Source of the DNA: a virus
Taxonomy: Duplodnaviria; Caudoviricetes
Reading direction: 5' to 3' (one strand)
IMG/VR virus record: IMGVR_UViG_3300017784_005363
Location: 21,419-85,418 of that record
Length of the DNA stretch: 64,000 nt
In this document: positions 9,101-21,300 of the stretch, in pieces
Layout: every line of letters begins with the position of its first letter
How positions within the stretch are numbered: the stretch's first letter is position 1
The notes under the pieces: generated by a model
What the model saw: the letters and a program-made list of their open reading frames with translations, nothing else
What the model was told of the DNA's origin: nothing
The model's database searches: none
Made by a program: the position numbers and the translations under genes

Positions 9101-11857
9101 ACTGTTGGTGAACCTTATACAACTAATGGACCTTCAGATGATGAGATACAATGGATTGGAGATACTGTTACAGACCTTTGGTTTGAATCACAAGTTAATA
9201 TTTCATTAAGACATAAAATGACTTCTGATGTACCTACATTTTTAGATGCACCAGGAGTAATGGAAACAGGTAATTCAGACCCTTATATTGGTTGGGAATT
9301 TTTTGGTAAGTGGTATGAAAATTCAGTATCAAGATACCCAATATCTAAAATGGATAATCATATGGCTAAGAAATTACTTGCTTACAATTCTAATAGAAAA
9401 GATAATAGACAATATATTGGACATTCATTAGGAGAGTGGTATAAAGTAAATCCTGATTTTCATAGAAAAAATACTCAAAAAATATTCTATCATTTACCAT
9501 TAGAATATGATTGTTGTTCAGATTGTAAAGAAGACTTTCCACATAGATGGCATTGGTCAGAACAATCTTTCCAAGAAGAATTGACTGATAATTATAGAAC
9601 ATTTTTACCTAATAATTATAAAGATTTAGAAGGTGAGACTGGTGAAATTACTAATGTATTTAAAATTGGTAATAATTTATTTATGCACACACAGGAAGCA
9701 CTATGGCAAATTCCTAGAAATTATCAAGAAAGAGTAACAGACCAAATTGTATCTTTTATTGGTACAGGTTCTTATGGAGAAATTCCAGCTCAGAAAGTAT
9801 TAGATGATGATACAGGTAGTAGTGCAGGTTCACAACATAAATGGGGAATGATTAAAACTCCTAATGGTGTATTTTTTCCTAGTGAAAGTCAAAGAAAAAT
9901 ATATCAATTTGATGGTAAACAATTAAAACCTATTAGTAATATAGGAATATCAAATTGGTTTCAAAATAATATGAAATTAGCTGTAGATGAACAATACTAC
10001 AATGCTAAACAAACATTATATCCATATAGAAATAATCCATCTAACCCATTTGGTTCTGGTTTTATTTCAACATATGACACAACTAAAGAAAGAATTATAT
10101 TTACTAAAAAAGATTTCTTATTAAGTCAAGAAGTAGTGGGTAATGAAGATTTTGAGATTTGTGTGAATAGTGGACAGATGACAATATTTCCTGATTTTGG
10201 TCAAACAATAAATGACCAAGCTTTATTAGGTTGGAATTATGTAGGTATTGAAAATTGTAAATTAAAATTTGAAAAAACAAAAATAGTAACAACTACAGAA
10301 ACAAGACAAATTGTTCTTAATGTTCCTAATAATGCTGACATTATTATATGGTTAGATACATCAGGAAGTTTTGATACTTCAGCAAGAAATCAAATTAAAA
10401 GTGCTGTTAATAGTTGGTTAGTAGGTTTTGGTGCATCTAATCCAAATTGGGTAGGTAATTTACATTTTATTGAAGCTCCTGGTGCTGGTGGTGGACAAAC
10501 TGAAAGATGGATGGATGCTTTAAGATATACAAGAGATACTATTTATGGAGGAAATGTAAATGGAAAAAATATCATTTTAGTAAACTTTGTTAATGAATCT
10601 ACTCCTGAATATCATACTGCATCATTTGATGGTAATATTGATAATCCTTCTGTAGAATATTTAAATGATTATAATGCTTTTGTTAATATTCATGATAATG
10701 AAATTATAGCTAATGGTGGAAGTTTTATTGGATTATCTTATCCAATTGTATTTACTGCACAAGCTAATTTAACTAGTGAATTTTTAAAGACAGTATTAGC
10801 AGCTGTAAAAGGTATTAGTTATGGTACAACAGCTTTTGGAATATTAACTCCAAATCCTGCTTGTCCAAGTTGGGCTATAATGGAAACAGCTTTAAAAGGT
10901 ACAAATCCTTATCCTGATAATGGTATTGGAGGTTTAGACCAATATGGTTGGAATGTTATTACTAATAGATTTTATAATGGTTCAGGAGCAATTATAACTG
11001 CTGAAAATTTTCAAGAAGATATGAAAGTTTTTCTTGAATCTAATTCAACTGTTGAAACTATTGAAGTAGAAGTAAGTAACCAGGAAACAGAATATATGTA
11101 TATAGATGGAGTACCAGTTGAAGACCCATTAGAATTGGAAAATTCTTGGACTATTAGTTTCTCGTTGAAACAAAACACTTGGGTATCTTGGCATTCTTAT
11201 TTACCTAATTTCTATATCAATGTTCCAGATAAATTTTATTCTTGGAAATATGGTAGTGATGCAATTTGGAAACATAATAAGAAAGGTCATTATCAAACTT
11301 TTTATGGAAAATTATATCCTTTTATTTTAGAATATGTTTCTTTATCAAATCTATTAAGTACAAGAATTTGGGATTACTTAACATTTTTAGTAGAAAGTAA
11401 AAGATTTGATTTTACTACAAATGAATTTGTAGATGTTAATGATGTATTTTTTAACAAGTTGATAGCTTATAATTCAAGACAATGTACTGGATTATTAAAT
11501 ACTAAACTTAAAAATAACTATTTAACAGAAAATTATTTATATCAACAAGTTGAAAATTTAACTGGTAATGAAATATTAGTTGACAGAAATGAAAGAAATT
11601 GGAGTCTTAATGAGCTGAGAGATGTGAGAACAGATTACAGTAAACCAATATTTATTTCTGAATTAAGTTCATTACAAAATGAATACTTTATTGATAAAAT
11701 TGTAAATACTGCAACAATTAACTTTGACAAGGATTGGACACAGCTTGAAAGTTTTAGAGATAAATATTTGGTAGTTAGATTAATATTTGATAAATTTGCT
11801 GATACTAAAATGATAATGAATTTTTCAGTTGAAAATGAAACACAATCTTTTAGATAA
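6134..11857 (+). CDS. Tail stabilisation / muzzle protein (P22 gp10-like) with inserted hydrophobic hairpin and vWA-like domain
   Basis: Beta-propeller-type segments (VYWTDDNEKPRYYNF; TPNGVFFPSESQRKIYQFDG; TISFSLKQNTWVSWHSYLP), synteny, and internal WLDTSGSFD (DxSxS). Confidence 0.75.
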   Translation: MEVNNNISENIGGLHSDASPQNQPKGSQRFALNVVNESEHGDEPYRSNEESNEVCTYLKEDFIPLDKCYIGNKEVIVFSVKKDNSISEIGILSNSCVYTVHVNDEFSTDKLGFTVEHQINSTYRLRRGCERTVYWTDDNEKPRYYNFDKPEDFKDKLSGEWEATKFNLFKEYSKIPEFRAVEVLDSGGNLKSGSYNMSIRYVDEGLNPSEWIITSPIINIYNDLKSEAFLNIRGSITSDVDYLNFPISSKAIRVEFDNLDDNYPFYQIAFIEATNGSGMVSDVKYTDTIPTSKDFYIYTGDNITVNGTEEEILFFNEIIYRANSIEQIENRLLLANTEGKNVDFCKLQKYASRIKADVVTKKVIVNDINDPRNTKNPTMHFGDMITGGTGYMPGEIYSFGINYVFTDGSMSPTYHIPGKNPSIHPSTIFTSGPATYPMSQNNESQNNTYIDNDNCSSNDYWGLDSEGDSLSGRPVRHHRFPLRSEIGLSLITEEAATPQTFPYFKLQFNANGTTPLPCTQDMIDAGECGAIVVAPPFQARVSFTVDGSPETLVMNIDTNIISNPVNVTVLSNLYSSNAIVITGIEESDGAGGFYDVLSYPSAKGLTYSTNVIPADFTTEGKIFSTEILGIKFSGVDLPSLVDTNGNEVIGYYIVRNDRVENEKTILDSAVLTPSLKNNKYISHGLLQPVVDPNRISKDVFGMIHPEHKFNEREYTNYTSIIQEGNFQIVKRNYSKIRYNDCFDGSSYDSSIHKEGNDDGNNLDGWGVTSFNRDQYTHFVPRTNFEIDQTQIKEKFYLKALQSRDINDGANAVYNIAGDNRVGMIQLKANNLINPITENLPYVLLKRDIADSYSTFRTLPYYKDSINMETADTASIFSGDTYVAPMRYTNSIWWDNRPAERAGKTSVWNYIIGGILIVIGAILLIFGGSGAIVIGAGIAIIGGGALFISSGIERDALVKAYQEEYSKGLRETALDNITQLIYRDNVSLWGTVGEPYTTNGPSDDEIQWIGDTVTDLWFESQVNISLRHKMTSDVPTFLDAPGVMETGNSDPYIGWEFFGKWYENSVSRYPISKMDNHMAKKLLAYNSNRKDNRQYIGHSLGEWYKVNPDFHRKNTQKIFYHLPLEYDCCSDCKEDFPHRWHWSEQSFQEELTDNYRTFLPNNYKDLEGETGEITNVFKIGNNLFMHTQEALWQIPRNYQERVTDQIVSFIGTGSYGEIPAQKVLDDDTGSSAGSQHKWGMIKTPNGVFFPSESQRKIYQFDGKQLKPISNIGISNWFQNNMKLAVDEQYYNAKQTLYPYRNNPSNPFGSGFISTYDTTKERIIFTKKDFLLSQEVVGNEDFEICVNSGQMTIFPDFGQTINDQALLGWNYVGIENCKLKFEKTKIVTTTETRQIVLNVPNNADIIIWLDTSGSFDTSARNQIKSAVNSWLVGFGASNPNWVGNLHFIEAPGAGGGQTERWMDALRYTRDTIYGGNVNGKNIILVNFVNESTPEYHTASFDGNIDNPSVEYLNDYNAFVNIHDNEIIANGGSFIGLSYPIVFTAQANLTSEFLKTVLAAVKGISYGTTAFGILTPNPACPSWAIMETALKGTNPYPDNGIGGLDQYGWNVITNRFYNGSGAIITAENFQEDMKVFLESNSTVETIEVEVSNQETEYMYIDGVPVEDPLELENSWTISFSLKQNTWVSWHSYLPNFYINVPDKFYSWKYGSDAIWKHNKKGHYQTFYGKLYPFILEYVSLSNLLSTRIWDYLTFLVESKRFDFTTNEFVDVNDVFFNKLIAYNSRQCTGLLNTKLKNNYLTENYLYQQVENLTGNEILVDRNERNWSLNELRDVRTDYSKPIFISELSSLQNEYFIDKIVNTATINFDKDWTQLESFRDKYLVVRLIFDKFADTKMIMNFSVENETQSFR

Positions 11858-11885
11858 AGATTAATCTGAACCAATAAAGATTAAA

Positions 11886-13712
11886 ATGAAAAGAAAAAAA
11901 ATTAAATCTAAATTACCAAAATATGAATTTGGTACTTATATAGAAAATCCAAACACTACTCTTGCAGAGAATCAAATAGCAATGGTTAGAGCAAAACAAA
12001 AAGCAGCGTCTAATCCCTGGGTTAAGGGGTTAGATGTTTTTGGTAATCTAGCTATGCAAGTTGGAACATCAATGATGAACAAAGGTGCAGCTAATGGTGA
12101 AGGTGCTGATGGTAAAGGTGTAGCTGGTTTCTTATCTGAGAACAATGGTCTTATGAATGGAATGCTAGGTGCAACTACAGCTATGGGTAATACAGGTGGA
12201 TTTGCTTATGGTGGTAAAGTTCCAGTAGAAGTTGAAGGACAGGAAGTTGGTGAAACTCCTTCTGGAGAACTAATGGAATTTAATGGACCTTCTCATGAAG
12301 CTGGTGGTATTCCAATAGGTTTACCAGAAGGTACAGAAATCTATTCTAAAAGAATCAAGGTTGATGGTGTATCTATGGCAGATAGAAAAAAGAAAAGAGA
12401 AAATAAAGCTGTTTCATTAGAATCATTACTTGAAAAGAATAAGACAGATAATTTAGTTAAAAATTCTTTAGAGAGAACAAAAGAAGTTAATGCTTTTGAA
12501 GAAGATGCTGATAATAAAATACAACAAGTTGTAAAACAATTATTAGATTCTCAAGAAGCTCCAAAAACTAAATTTAAACAACATGCTTATGGTAATACTG
12601 TTGGTGGTGGAGATGACCCATTTGCTAAAGTTAAATATTATGATAAGTTAAGTACTAATGAATTTGGACCTTACTTTCAAAAATATATGACTGAAGTTGG
12701 TAAATCAGATTTAGATTGGAGTAATCCTCAAACTATGAAAGATTATCAATCTCATATTGGATTAACAGGTGAACAAGTAGATGGTATGCCAGGCACAATA
12801 ACTTTTGGAAATTCAATTGGGAAGTATGGTAAAACTCCTGGATTCAATCCTGGTTCTACTACACCTAATCCTGATATTAATTTTGATGCAATAAATAATA
12901 AATTTAATACTTTACCAATCAGTGATGATGCTAGATTAGGTGAAGTTACAAATAGAGCTTATAATCCTAGTCCTGTGGCTGGTGGAGGAACAGGTGTTGA
13001 TGATGGAAGTGATGGCACTACCTCCACCCCTACAGGTAAAAGTTTTGATGATATGTTTGGAATGACTGCTGGAGATGCAGTAGGTATCTTTGGAAATTTA
13101 TATCAAGCTTTTGCACCAGCAAAAGAAACTGAGAGAAATAGAGCAGGTGATACTCCTAACATAAATGCTTTTAAAGATTATGGTAAAGAAGGTTTAGAAA
13201 CTTTAGATTCTACAAAACAATATGTTAATCAAGTTAGAGATGAAAAATTAACTGATTTAGAATTATCAAGAACTGCTGGAATTAAAAGAGGAAGAAATTC
13301 TGCTAGAGGTGTTAATACATTAAGAGCTTTAGATTTAGCAACTGATGCAAATGTTAATAATACTAAAGCAGATACATATAGTCAGTTTGCTCAAGAGATG
13401 ATGTCAATTCTTGGACAAGAAGCTGGAATGGAAAATCAAAGAGATAGAGTTGTAATGGAAGGTGAACAACTTAGAGATGAAAATGATAGAAAAGATAGAG
13501 ATAATTATTTTTCTCAAAGAGCAACTGATAAAGCAGCTATTGGAGAAGGACTTACAAAAACTGGTGGCTCTATGAATGAAATCAAACAAAGAAATATGAC
13601 AGAAAATTTGATTAATCAATTATCAAATTATGGTATCACAATTGATGAGCATGGTAATTTACAAGATAAAAAATCAGCTCCTAAAAAATTAACTAAAAAG
13701 AAAAAGAGATAA
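11886..13712 (+). CDS. Internal virion cargo protein (crAss cargo protein 1-like)
   Basis: VEVEGQE...GPSHEAGG motif, FAYGG-type repeats, Gly-rich, Cys-free, basic termini; follows the muzzle gene. Confidence 0.6.
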   Translation: MKRKKIKSKLPKYEFGTYIENPNTTLAENQIAMVRAKQKAASNPWVKGLDVFGNLAMQVGTSMMNKGAANGEGADGKGVAGFLSENNGLMNGMLGATTAMGNTGGFAYGGKVPVEVEGQEVGETPSGELMEFNGPSHEAGGIPIGLPEGTEIYSKRIKVDGVSMADRKKKRENKAVSLESLLEKNKTDNLVKNSLERTKEVNAFEEDADNKIQQVVKQLLDSQEAPKTKFKQHAYGNTVGGGDDPFAKVKYYDKLSTNEFGPYFQKYMTEVGKSDLDWSNPQTMKDYQSHIGLTGEQVDGMPGTITFGNSIGKYGKTPGFNPGSTTPNPDINFDAINNKFNTLPISDDARLGEVTNRAYNPSPVAGGGTGVDDGSDGTTSTPTGKSFDDMFGMTAGDAVGIFGNLYQAFAPAKETERNRAGDTPNINAFKDYGKEGLETLDSTKQYVNQVRDEKLTDLELSRTAGIKRGRNSARGVNTLRALDLATDANVNNTKADTYSQFAQEMMSILGQEAGMENQRDRVVMEGEQLRDENDRKDRDNYFSQRATDKAAIGEGLTKTGGSMNEIKQRNMTENLINQLSNYGITIDEHGNLQDKKSAPKKLTKKKKR

Positions 13713-15310
13713 TGGGAAGATTTTATCAAACAGCAAAAAGAGAGTTTGTAGATAATTTCATTTATCAACCTCCAGTAGAACTGATGGCAAAAGTAATAGG
13801 TAATGCAGATAAACAAGTATTAGATACTGAGACTGAAGCATTAGCTATATATGATAAATTAAAAGCTCAAGGTTTAAAAGCAGATGAACCAAGATTACAA
13901 GAAATTATACAAGGTTATCAATCTCAGATTGAAGACCTTTCTGGTGTTATGCAAAAAAGTCCTTTAGAATTTAGAAAGGAAATTGGTAAGATTAGAAATC
14001 TAAGTAGAACTATTGGTAATGATTGGAGTAGTCAAGGTGAAGTTGGAAAAATTCAAGAACAGTATGCAGCTAGAAATGCTTATGCAAAAGAATTACAAGA
14101 TGGTGTTGAAAAAGGTAAAATTTTACAAGAAAATGCTACACAAGCTTTACAAAAATTTGATAACGAGTATCAGGGTGTAAATTATAAAAGTGCAAGTGAA
14201 TATAATAGATACAATTCTGAAAATTTAAATGAATATGTAGATGCAGATAAAATTGCAGATGAAATAGGTGAAGGCTGGAAAGCTGATGTAAAATCTAAAG
14301 GTTATGATTATGCAGATGGACAATGGGTTAGAACAGTAAATGGAAAAAGAGAAGTAGCTGATGAAACAGAAATTCAAGATTCTATTCAAAGAACTTTATT
14401 AAAAAATGAAAAAGTAAGAGCTTACTATGACCAGCAACAAAGATTAGGTTTTATGTCTCCTGAACAATTTGCACAAAAAATTGGAAATACAGCTAGTGTT
14501 TATTCTAAGAAACATGGATATGTTAAACAAGAAGATGAAACTAGAATGAAAGAAAATAGTAATTATTGGGCAGAACTTAGTTGGAATAAAGCTATACAAG
14601 AAGAAGAAATGTTAAAAGCTTTAGAAACAAATAAAGAAACTGGAGAAATATATGGTAATAGTGTAGCACAAGATATGGCTGAAGAAGAATGGTTAACTAA
14701 ATTAGGAAGTGGAGTTACTAATTCTATTTCTGGTAAACCTTATAAGTTTAACGATGTAAGTCATGCTATAGATATTTTACAAAAATCTTATGATAAAAAA
14801 CCTTCTCCTGCTTTATTAGCCAAATTAAATGAAGCTAAAGGAATTAAAGCTAAAACATTAAGTATGTCTAAAGCTACTTGGGCTCCTTTATATGAAAAAG
14901 GTTTCTCTGTAGCTGCTGTAGATAAATTAAAAGAAAAAGTTGATGAAGATTTTCTTGCAAATGGTTTAAGTTATAAATATAGATTACCTAAATTACAAAT
15001 TATGGATGTAAATAATAAATTATATAATTCAAAATTAAAAGATGACTATCAAGAATTTACACCAAAAAATCTAGTTAATAAAAAAATGATATTACCTTCT
15101 GGGCAACAAGTAACAATTACTAATGTAAGACTTGTACCTAAATCAATAAAACCTATTCTTATTAATGGTATAGTAAATAATAAATCTATTAATAATAATG
15201 ATGCTCACTCTACATTACAATTTGTATATATGGATGGAGAAGAAGAAAAAACATTTAATCAAACAGCATTCTATAACATGCAACAATCACAAGGTTTTGC
15301 ATTTGACTAA
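13712..15310 (+). CDS. Putative ejected virion protein
   Basis: 532 aa, helical, Cys-free; lies between the cargo gene and the vRNAP as in crAss-like genomes. Confidence 0.55.
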   Translation: MGRFYQTAKREFVDNFIYQPPVELMAKVIGNADKQVLDTETEALAIYDKLKAQGLKADEPRLQEIIQGYQSQIEDLSGVMQKSPLEFRKEIGKIRNLSRTIGNDWSSQGEVGKIQEQYAARNAYAKELQDGVEKGKILQENATQALQKFDNEYQGVNYKSASEYNRYNSENLNEYVDADKIADEIGEGWKADVKSKGYDYADGQWVRTVNGKREVADETEIQDSIQRTLLKNEKVRAYYDQQQRLGFMSPEQFAQKIGNTASVYSKKHGYVKQEDETRMKENSNYWAELSWNKAIQEEEMLKALETNKETGEIYGNSVAQDMAEEEWLTKLGSGVTNSISGKPYKFNDVSHAIDILQKSYDKKPSPALLAKLNEAKGIKAKTLSMSKATWAPLYEKGFSVAAVDKLKEKVDEDFLANGLSYKYRLPKLQIMDVNNKLYNSKLKDDYQEFTPKNLVNKKMILPSGQQVTITNVRLVPKSIKPILINGIVNNKSINNNDAHSTLQFVYMDGEEEKTFNQTAFYNMQQSQGFAFD

Positions 15311-15331
15311 AAATAATTATAAAAACTAAAT

Positions 15332-18300
15332 ATGGGAAAGAAAGTCTTTGAAGATGGAAATGGGTATGACCCAATGAAAAACAAATATATTGTTTCAAAC
15401 AATCCACTTAAACAAGCAAAATTTGTAAGAGAGCATAATGAAGCTGAACATAAAAGAGTATCTACAGGTATTGTTTTACAAAAGAAAAAAGAAAAAGAAG
15501 GTAAATTATCTACAGTTGATGAATTAATATTACAAGAAACAATTGGTCAAGAAATAGCTGAAGCTGAAGCTGAAAATCAATTAAGAAAAGTTATTGAAAA
15601 AGAAGCTAAAGAAGCTGAATATGCACCTGCTGATGAGGTAGAAAAAGAATTTAAATCTTCTGTGGAAGAAAGTCAATATAATTCTTTTAAAGACATTCAA
15701 AAAAGATATGATGAATTATCAGCTAAAACTTATTCTGGTGTTCAACAAAAATTATTTAAAAAAGGTCAAGAACAAAACATGAAACCAGAAGTTGATGATA
15801 ATTGGTTAGAGTCTGCTGGTAAAAATGTAAGTAATACACTTTTTAGTGCTTTAGATATTGTTGGCTCTCACATAGGAGCTGCTGGTAGTCAATTTTCTGA
15901 TAAGAATAAATTCACAGAAAAAGAAGAACAAGAATATGAAGTTCTTAAAAAACAAATAGCTCAAGTTAGAAATCCTATTTTAACTAAGCAAAAAACTGCA
16001 TTAGAAGAAAAGAAAAAACAATTAGAAAGTAAATTAGGAACTGTTAAAGGTATAGGGCAATTATCACCATTTATGAATGATAAAAAAAGTACTCAAATGG
16101 CTATTGTAGCTTATGAAGATGCTATTGAATTATATCAAGATGCCATTGATAATGGTGGATTTATATCAGGACTTAATAATGATTTAACAGGTTCTTTGAC
16201 TTTAAATATTTCAAGTATAGAAGAAACAAGAAGAGCTAAAGAATTAACTGAAAAGAAATTAAATGGAGAAGAATTAAATGAAATTGAAAATGATTTCATG
16301 GAGTCTTATGAAATATTAGGAAAAGCAAAACAATCAAGTTTAAATAAAAACATGTCTTATAAACTTGGAGAAGGTATAAAAGAAACTGGTAAATTTATTG
16401 GTGAAATAATTGTTACTAATAAAATTATTGGTAATGTTATTCCAAAGTTAAATGTTCAACCAGGGATGAATGCTGCAACTGTTGTTAAACAACCTATTGG
16501 TGCAGCTATAAGTCCATCAACTTTAATTAAAACTGATGAAAAATACATTCAAAAATACTATGAAAATGAATCTAATTTAAAGACAATAAATAATAGTATC
16601 AAAGTATTAGATAGTAAAGTTAATAATTTATTATCTAAAGAATCTTTATCTAAAGATGAAGAAGTTGAATTAAGTAAATTAAAAATTAAAAAAGAATTAT
16701 TTCAAGAACAAAAAGATGAGTTAGTTAGTTATAGTGATTCATTTGTTTATGGTATGTCTGAAAATTTAAAAGAAAGATACTCTGAAATTTTTGTAGGGGG
16801 TGCTGTAGATAAAGTAGGTAAATCATTTTTACCAGCTCTAGGTAGTGCTTTAAATAAAAGTAAAGTTGGTTCAGCTTTAGTTAAAACTTCTACTAAAGTA
16901 GATGATGTATTAACTAAAAAATTAAGAACAGGTAGAGAGCTTTTAGATAGAAAATTATTTGACAATACTCCTGGTAAATTAAGTAAAGCTTTAGTAAACC
17001 ATACAGGTTCAGCTAAAGTTATGCACAGTTTACCTGCTGAGATGATTGAAGAAATTGCTGTACAATTAACTCCTACATATCAAGAAGATTACCAGGAACA
17101 ATTTAAAGAATTAGGAAAAGCTGATTTCTATACTATGGTTGCAGCTCAAACTTTAATTCTTGGTGGATTTAATGGAACTGTTGGTGGAGCTAATCACTTT
17201 TATAATATGAAGACTGATTCAAATTATAGAGATGACTATAATGCAAATCAAAAAAATAAAAAACAATTAAAAGAAGTATATAATAGAATTGATGAAGCTA
17301 CTACTGATGAACAATTAGCACAAGATGTTGCTATGAGTACTATGGGTACTATCTTTCAAATCAATGATTATAATGGTAGAATTGCTGAATTAAGAAATCC
17401 TAAAGTGGACCACAAAGATGGATTAACTGCTGAAGAAAGAATTAAAAAAGCTGACATGATGGAAAGAAATTCTTTCTATAACCTTGGTGTGCAATCTATT
17501 GAAACAGGTACTAGTACTGAGTTTAAGAAATCTTTAAGTATGCTTTCAAGAAATGAAAAAGTATCTGAAGAAACAAGAGCTAATGCTGCTTTAGGTTTAG
17601 CTAAATTAAGTCAATTAGAAGACATTAGTGAAAAGCATAAAAACAAAGTAAATTATTCTTCTGTTATGGATTTATCTATAAGAGAAAATTTAAACAATGA
17701 AACTATTAATGATTTAGATACTAAAATCCAAGCTGTTAAAAAAGTTGCAGATTTAGAAGTTCAAAAATTTAATAAACAAAATGATTTAAATGAATACTTT
17801 AATCTTGATAAATTATTATTAAAAATTGAAAGTGAAGAAGAACAAGGTGAATATAATAACTACTTAGCTCAATTGAGAAAAGAAGATATTCCTGAAGTTA
17901 ATCAATACTTAGATTTATTATTAAATAAAGAATTACTTGAAAAAGAAAATAATGAAGTTTCTAAAAAATTAAGATATGAAACAAATCCTAATAATGCAGA
18001 AGCAATCAGAACTAGAGAGTATGACAAAGTAAAAAAACAATTAACTTCAAATGTTAATGTAAATAATGTAGATGATGTTAAAGCTGAATTGACAGAAAAA
18101 GAAATTGCAACTCCTGAAGTAGTTCAAGAGATAAACAATAAAGCAATTGAAGATTCAAATAAAGCTCCAGAAGTAAGTAAAGAAGCTACTGTAAGAGAAT
18201 TTGATACTCAAATTACTTCTGAACAGATTAAAGAAGCTTTACCATTTGATGATTTATTTGGACCACAAGAAACTATTATAAATAAAATTGCACCAGTTGA

Positions 18301-21300
18301 AGATACCCCAGAGCAAAAAGCAATCAGAAAAGATAAATTAAATAAATTTACTTTAGAAGCTGCTAGAAAAAAAGAACTTGAAGATAATGATGTAGTAGAT
18401 ATTATTAAATTAGGAGAAGAACTTCCTACTGAAGAAGAAGCTGCAAGAAGAGCTAAATTACAAAAAACTATTAATGATAAATATGATGCATTAATAAAAG
18501 CAAAAGAAGAAGAAACTACTGGTAGTCAAGCTGCTAAAGAAGCACATGTATTTAATCAAGGTTCATTATTCTCTCCAATAGAGTATGATGCAAATAATGA
18601 TGAGCATGTAGAAAAAGTTAAAAAGTTTGAGAAAGGATTTGCTCAACTTATTTCTAATAATCCTGGTTTGACTTTCCAAGGTCTTATGGGTAATGTAATT
18701 AGAGATGCTGGTGAATTGAGAGTTAGTAATAACTTTGAAATCATGGCTAAAGCATGGAATAATGTTAGTGCAGAAAAAATATCTCCTACTGAAAAAGATT
18801 CTTTTTATGAAAGAAACTTTGGAAGTAAGGATGCAGCTTCTGTATTATTTGGTACTGAAGTTCAAACTCAAGTGTCTAAACCAGTTACAGAATCAGTTGC
18901 TGTTGAACAATCAGTGACTCCAGAAGTTACTGCTTTATCATTAGTGACAGGACAACCTGTGAAATTATATAAAGGAAGAAAGTTTGCAGAAGTTGGCTTA
19001 AAAGCTGGTTTCTTAGGATTGAATTATGTTGAGAATGATACTGAAAAAGTAACTGTTGATACTTCAGTAAATGCTAATGCTTTACCATTTATTGACTACA
19101 GAAACTTTCAAGTAGGAGATGAAGTTGAATTAACTTTTAATTATGAATATTTATTAAATCCTGAAAATAAAGTTTCTAAATGGGAAAATGTAAATGATGT
19201 TCCAACTAAAACTTCTATTACTGTTGGACAGTTATTAGAAGATTTATTTCCTGGAAAATCATATGCAGAATTAACTCAAATTTTAAGAACTAATCCAGAA
19301 ACACTTTTAAGTAATGAAGAATTCTTAAAAGCAGTTCCTGTTGGAATTAAAAATAATGGATTGTCTGACAATGGACAAGATATTATTACAGGTGGATTAA
19401 ATGATTATTACTGGTTCAATGTATCTAATGTTGCATTAAAAGAAAATGCAGAAGGTGAGAAATTAATTGGAGAACAAAGAGAAAGAATTGAAAATAATAG
19501 AAAGCTTAACTTAGAAACTAGAAAACAAATATTACAAAATGGTAGTGTTACTACAAAAGTAACTAGTAGAAGTCAAGGTGAAAGTAATAAATTATTGATG
19601 CTTACTAATGAAGAAAAAGCACAAGGCTTTTCTGAACAATTCCAGTCAATCTCTGATGCTTTTAAAGATGGAACAATGGAAGAAGCTCAAAAGCATTCAG
19701 CTCTTGGTGTAATTAAAGGAAAACAGATTGTATCAAAAGGAAAACCAGGAGAAGAAAAATTAATATCAGTGAATGGTAAAGAAGTTAATACTGACCAAAT
19801 CACTAACTGGGAATCTTTTACTGATGAAATTGCTGTAAGAGAAGGTAGTAAACAAAATGTGACTGGTAAAATAGTTATGGTTGTTCAAAGTGGTATTGAT
19901 GAATTAGGAAATCCTACTTATGTTTTACACAATGTAATTAACAATCATAAAAATAAACAAGAACAATTTAAAGTAATAAATGAAATAAAATATAAATTAA
20001 TTAACTACTCAGATATATTATCTGGTAAAAAAGTTGGTACACCTACTGAAGTAGAGAAAGCTAACAAAATTAAAACTAATATTAAAAATAACTTTGGTAT
20101 TGACATTACATCAAAAGATGTATTGAATACAATTTTAGATTTTTATCCAGAACAAAATAAAGATAAGAATGGAAAAGTTACTCAAGAATTTAGACAAGAT
20201 ATGAATCCTAAATTAGCTGATTTAAAAAGGGCTAATAATATTCCTAACTTAACTATTTTTGAATCTGTTGCAGAATTTGAATCAGCATTTTTAACTAATA
20301 ATATAGGTACAACTACTTATAGTGATATATTATATAGTAATATGCATACTCAATATATCTATACAGGTATTGAAAATAAAGGTAAAAAGATTTGGACTAA
20401 TGAAGTTCAACCAGTAATCATGTTTAGTAATGAACACTTAGATTCTAAAGTTGTTGAAAATATTACTGAACAAAAAGAAGAACAAATAATTGCACAAGAA
20501 GTAGAAATTACAAATAAACAAATTGCATTTAAACAACAATTATTAGCTGAAGAAGAAGACACTGATGTAAAACAAGAATTAACAAATGAAATTGAAGAAT
20601 TAAAAGCTAAAGTAGAATCTATTCCAACAGTTAGACCAACAGTTAAAAAAGAATTTGATAATACAGATACTTTTCAAGTAGTTGAGCATATTGTATTTAA
20701 AGCATTATCTCAATTAGATGTAACTGGAAAAATTACTAAAGAACAAATCTATAAAGAAGTTAGTAATACTTTTGACAATTTAGTTAAAGAGTTGAAAGCA
20801 AAAGGATTAGAAGCTGAAGCTAACTTTGTATTAGAAAATAAAGCAGAAATTCTTGGTGAAGGTTATTATGATAATAGTATAAAAGAAGTTATTTATGCAG
20901 TATTTAATTTAACAGAAGATGGTGATGTTACAGATTTAACTGGTGAGAATATTAAATCTCATTCAAAAGAATCTTATGAAAATAATATTGCTGATTCATT
21001 AAGTTTAAAGGTTAAGATATTACTTTCTGGTATTGTAGATACTAGATTAGATAATGTTAATAACTTTGCAGGTTTACAATCTACTATGTCATTCAATGAT
21101 GCATTGGATGCTTTACAACAAATTATGTCAGAGGTTAATAATAATACAATTGCTGATGTGAAGAAAGCTATTCAAGCTAAAATTGAATTGAATGAAAAAG
21201 AATTTGAATTCTATAATCAATTATTAACTAGATTAAATGATATTGAAAAAATAGACAATTCAATTATCAATGAAATATTATACAGTCTGTACCAACCTAA

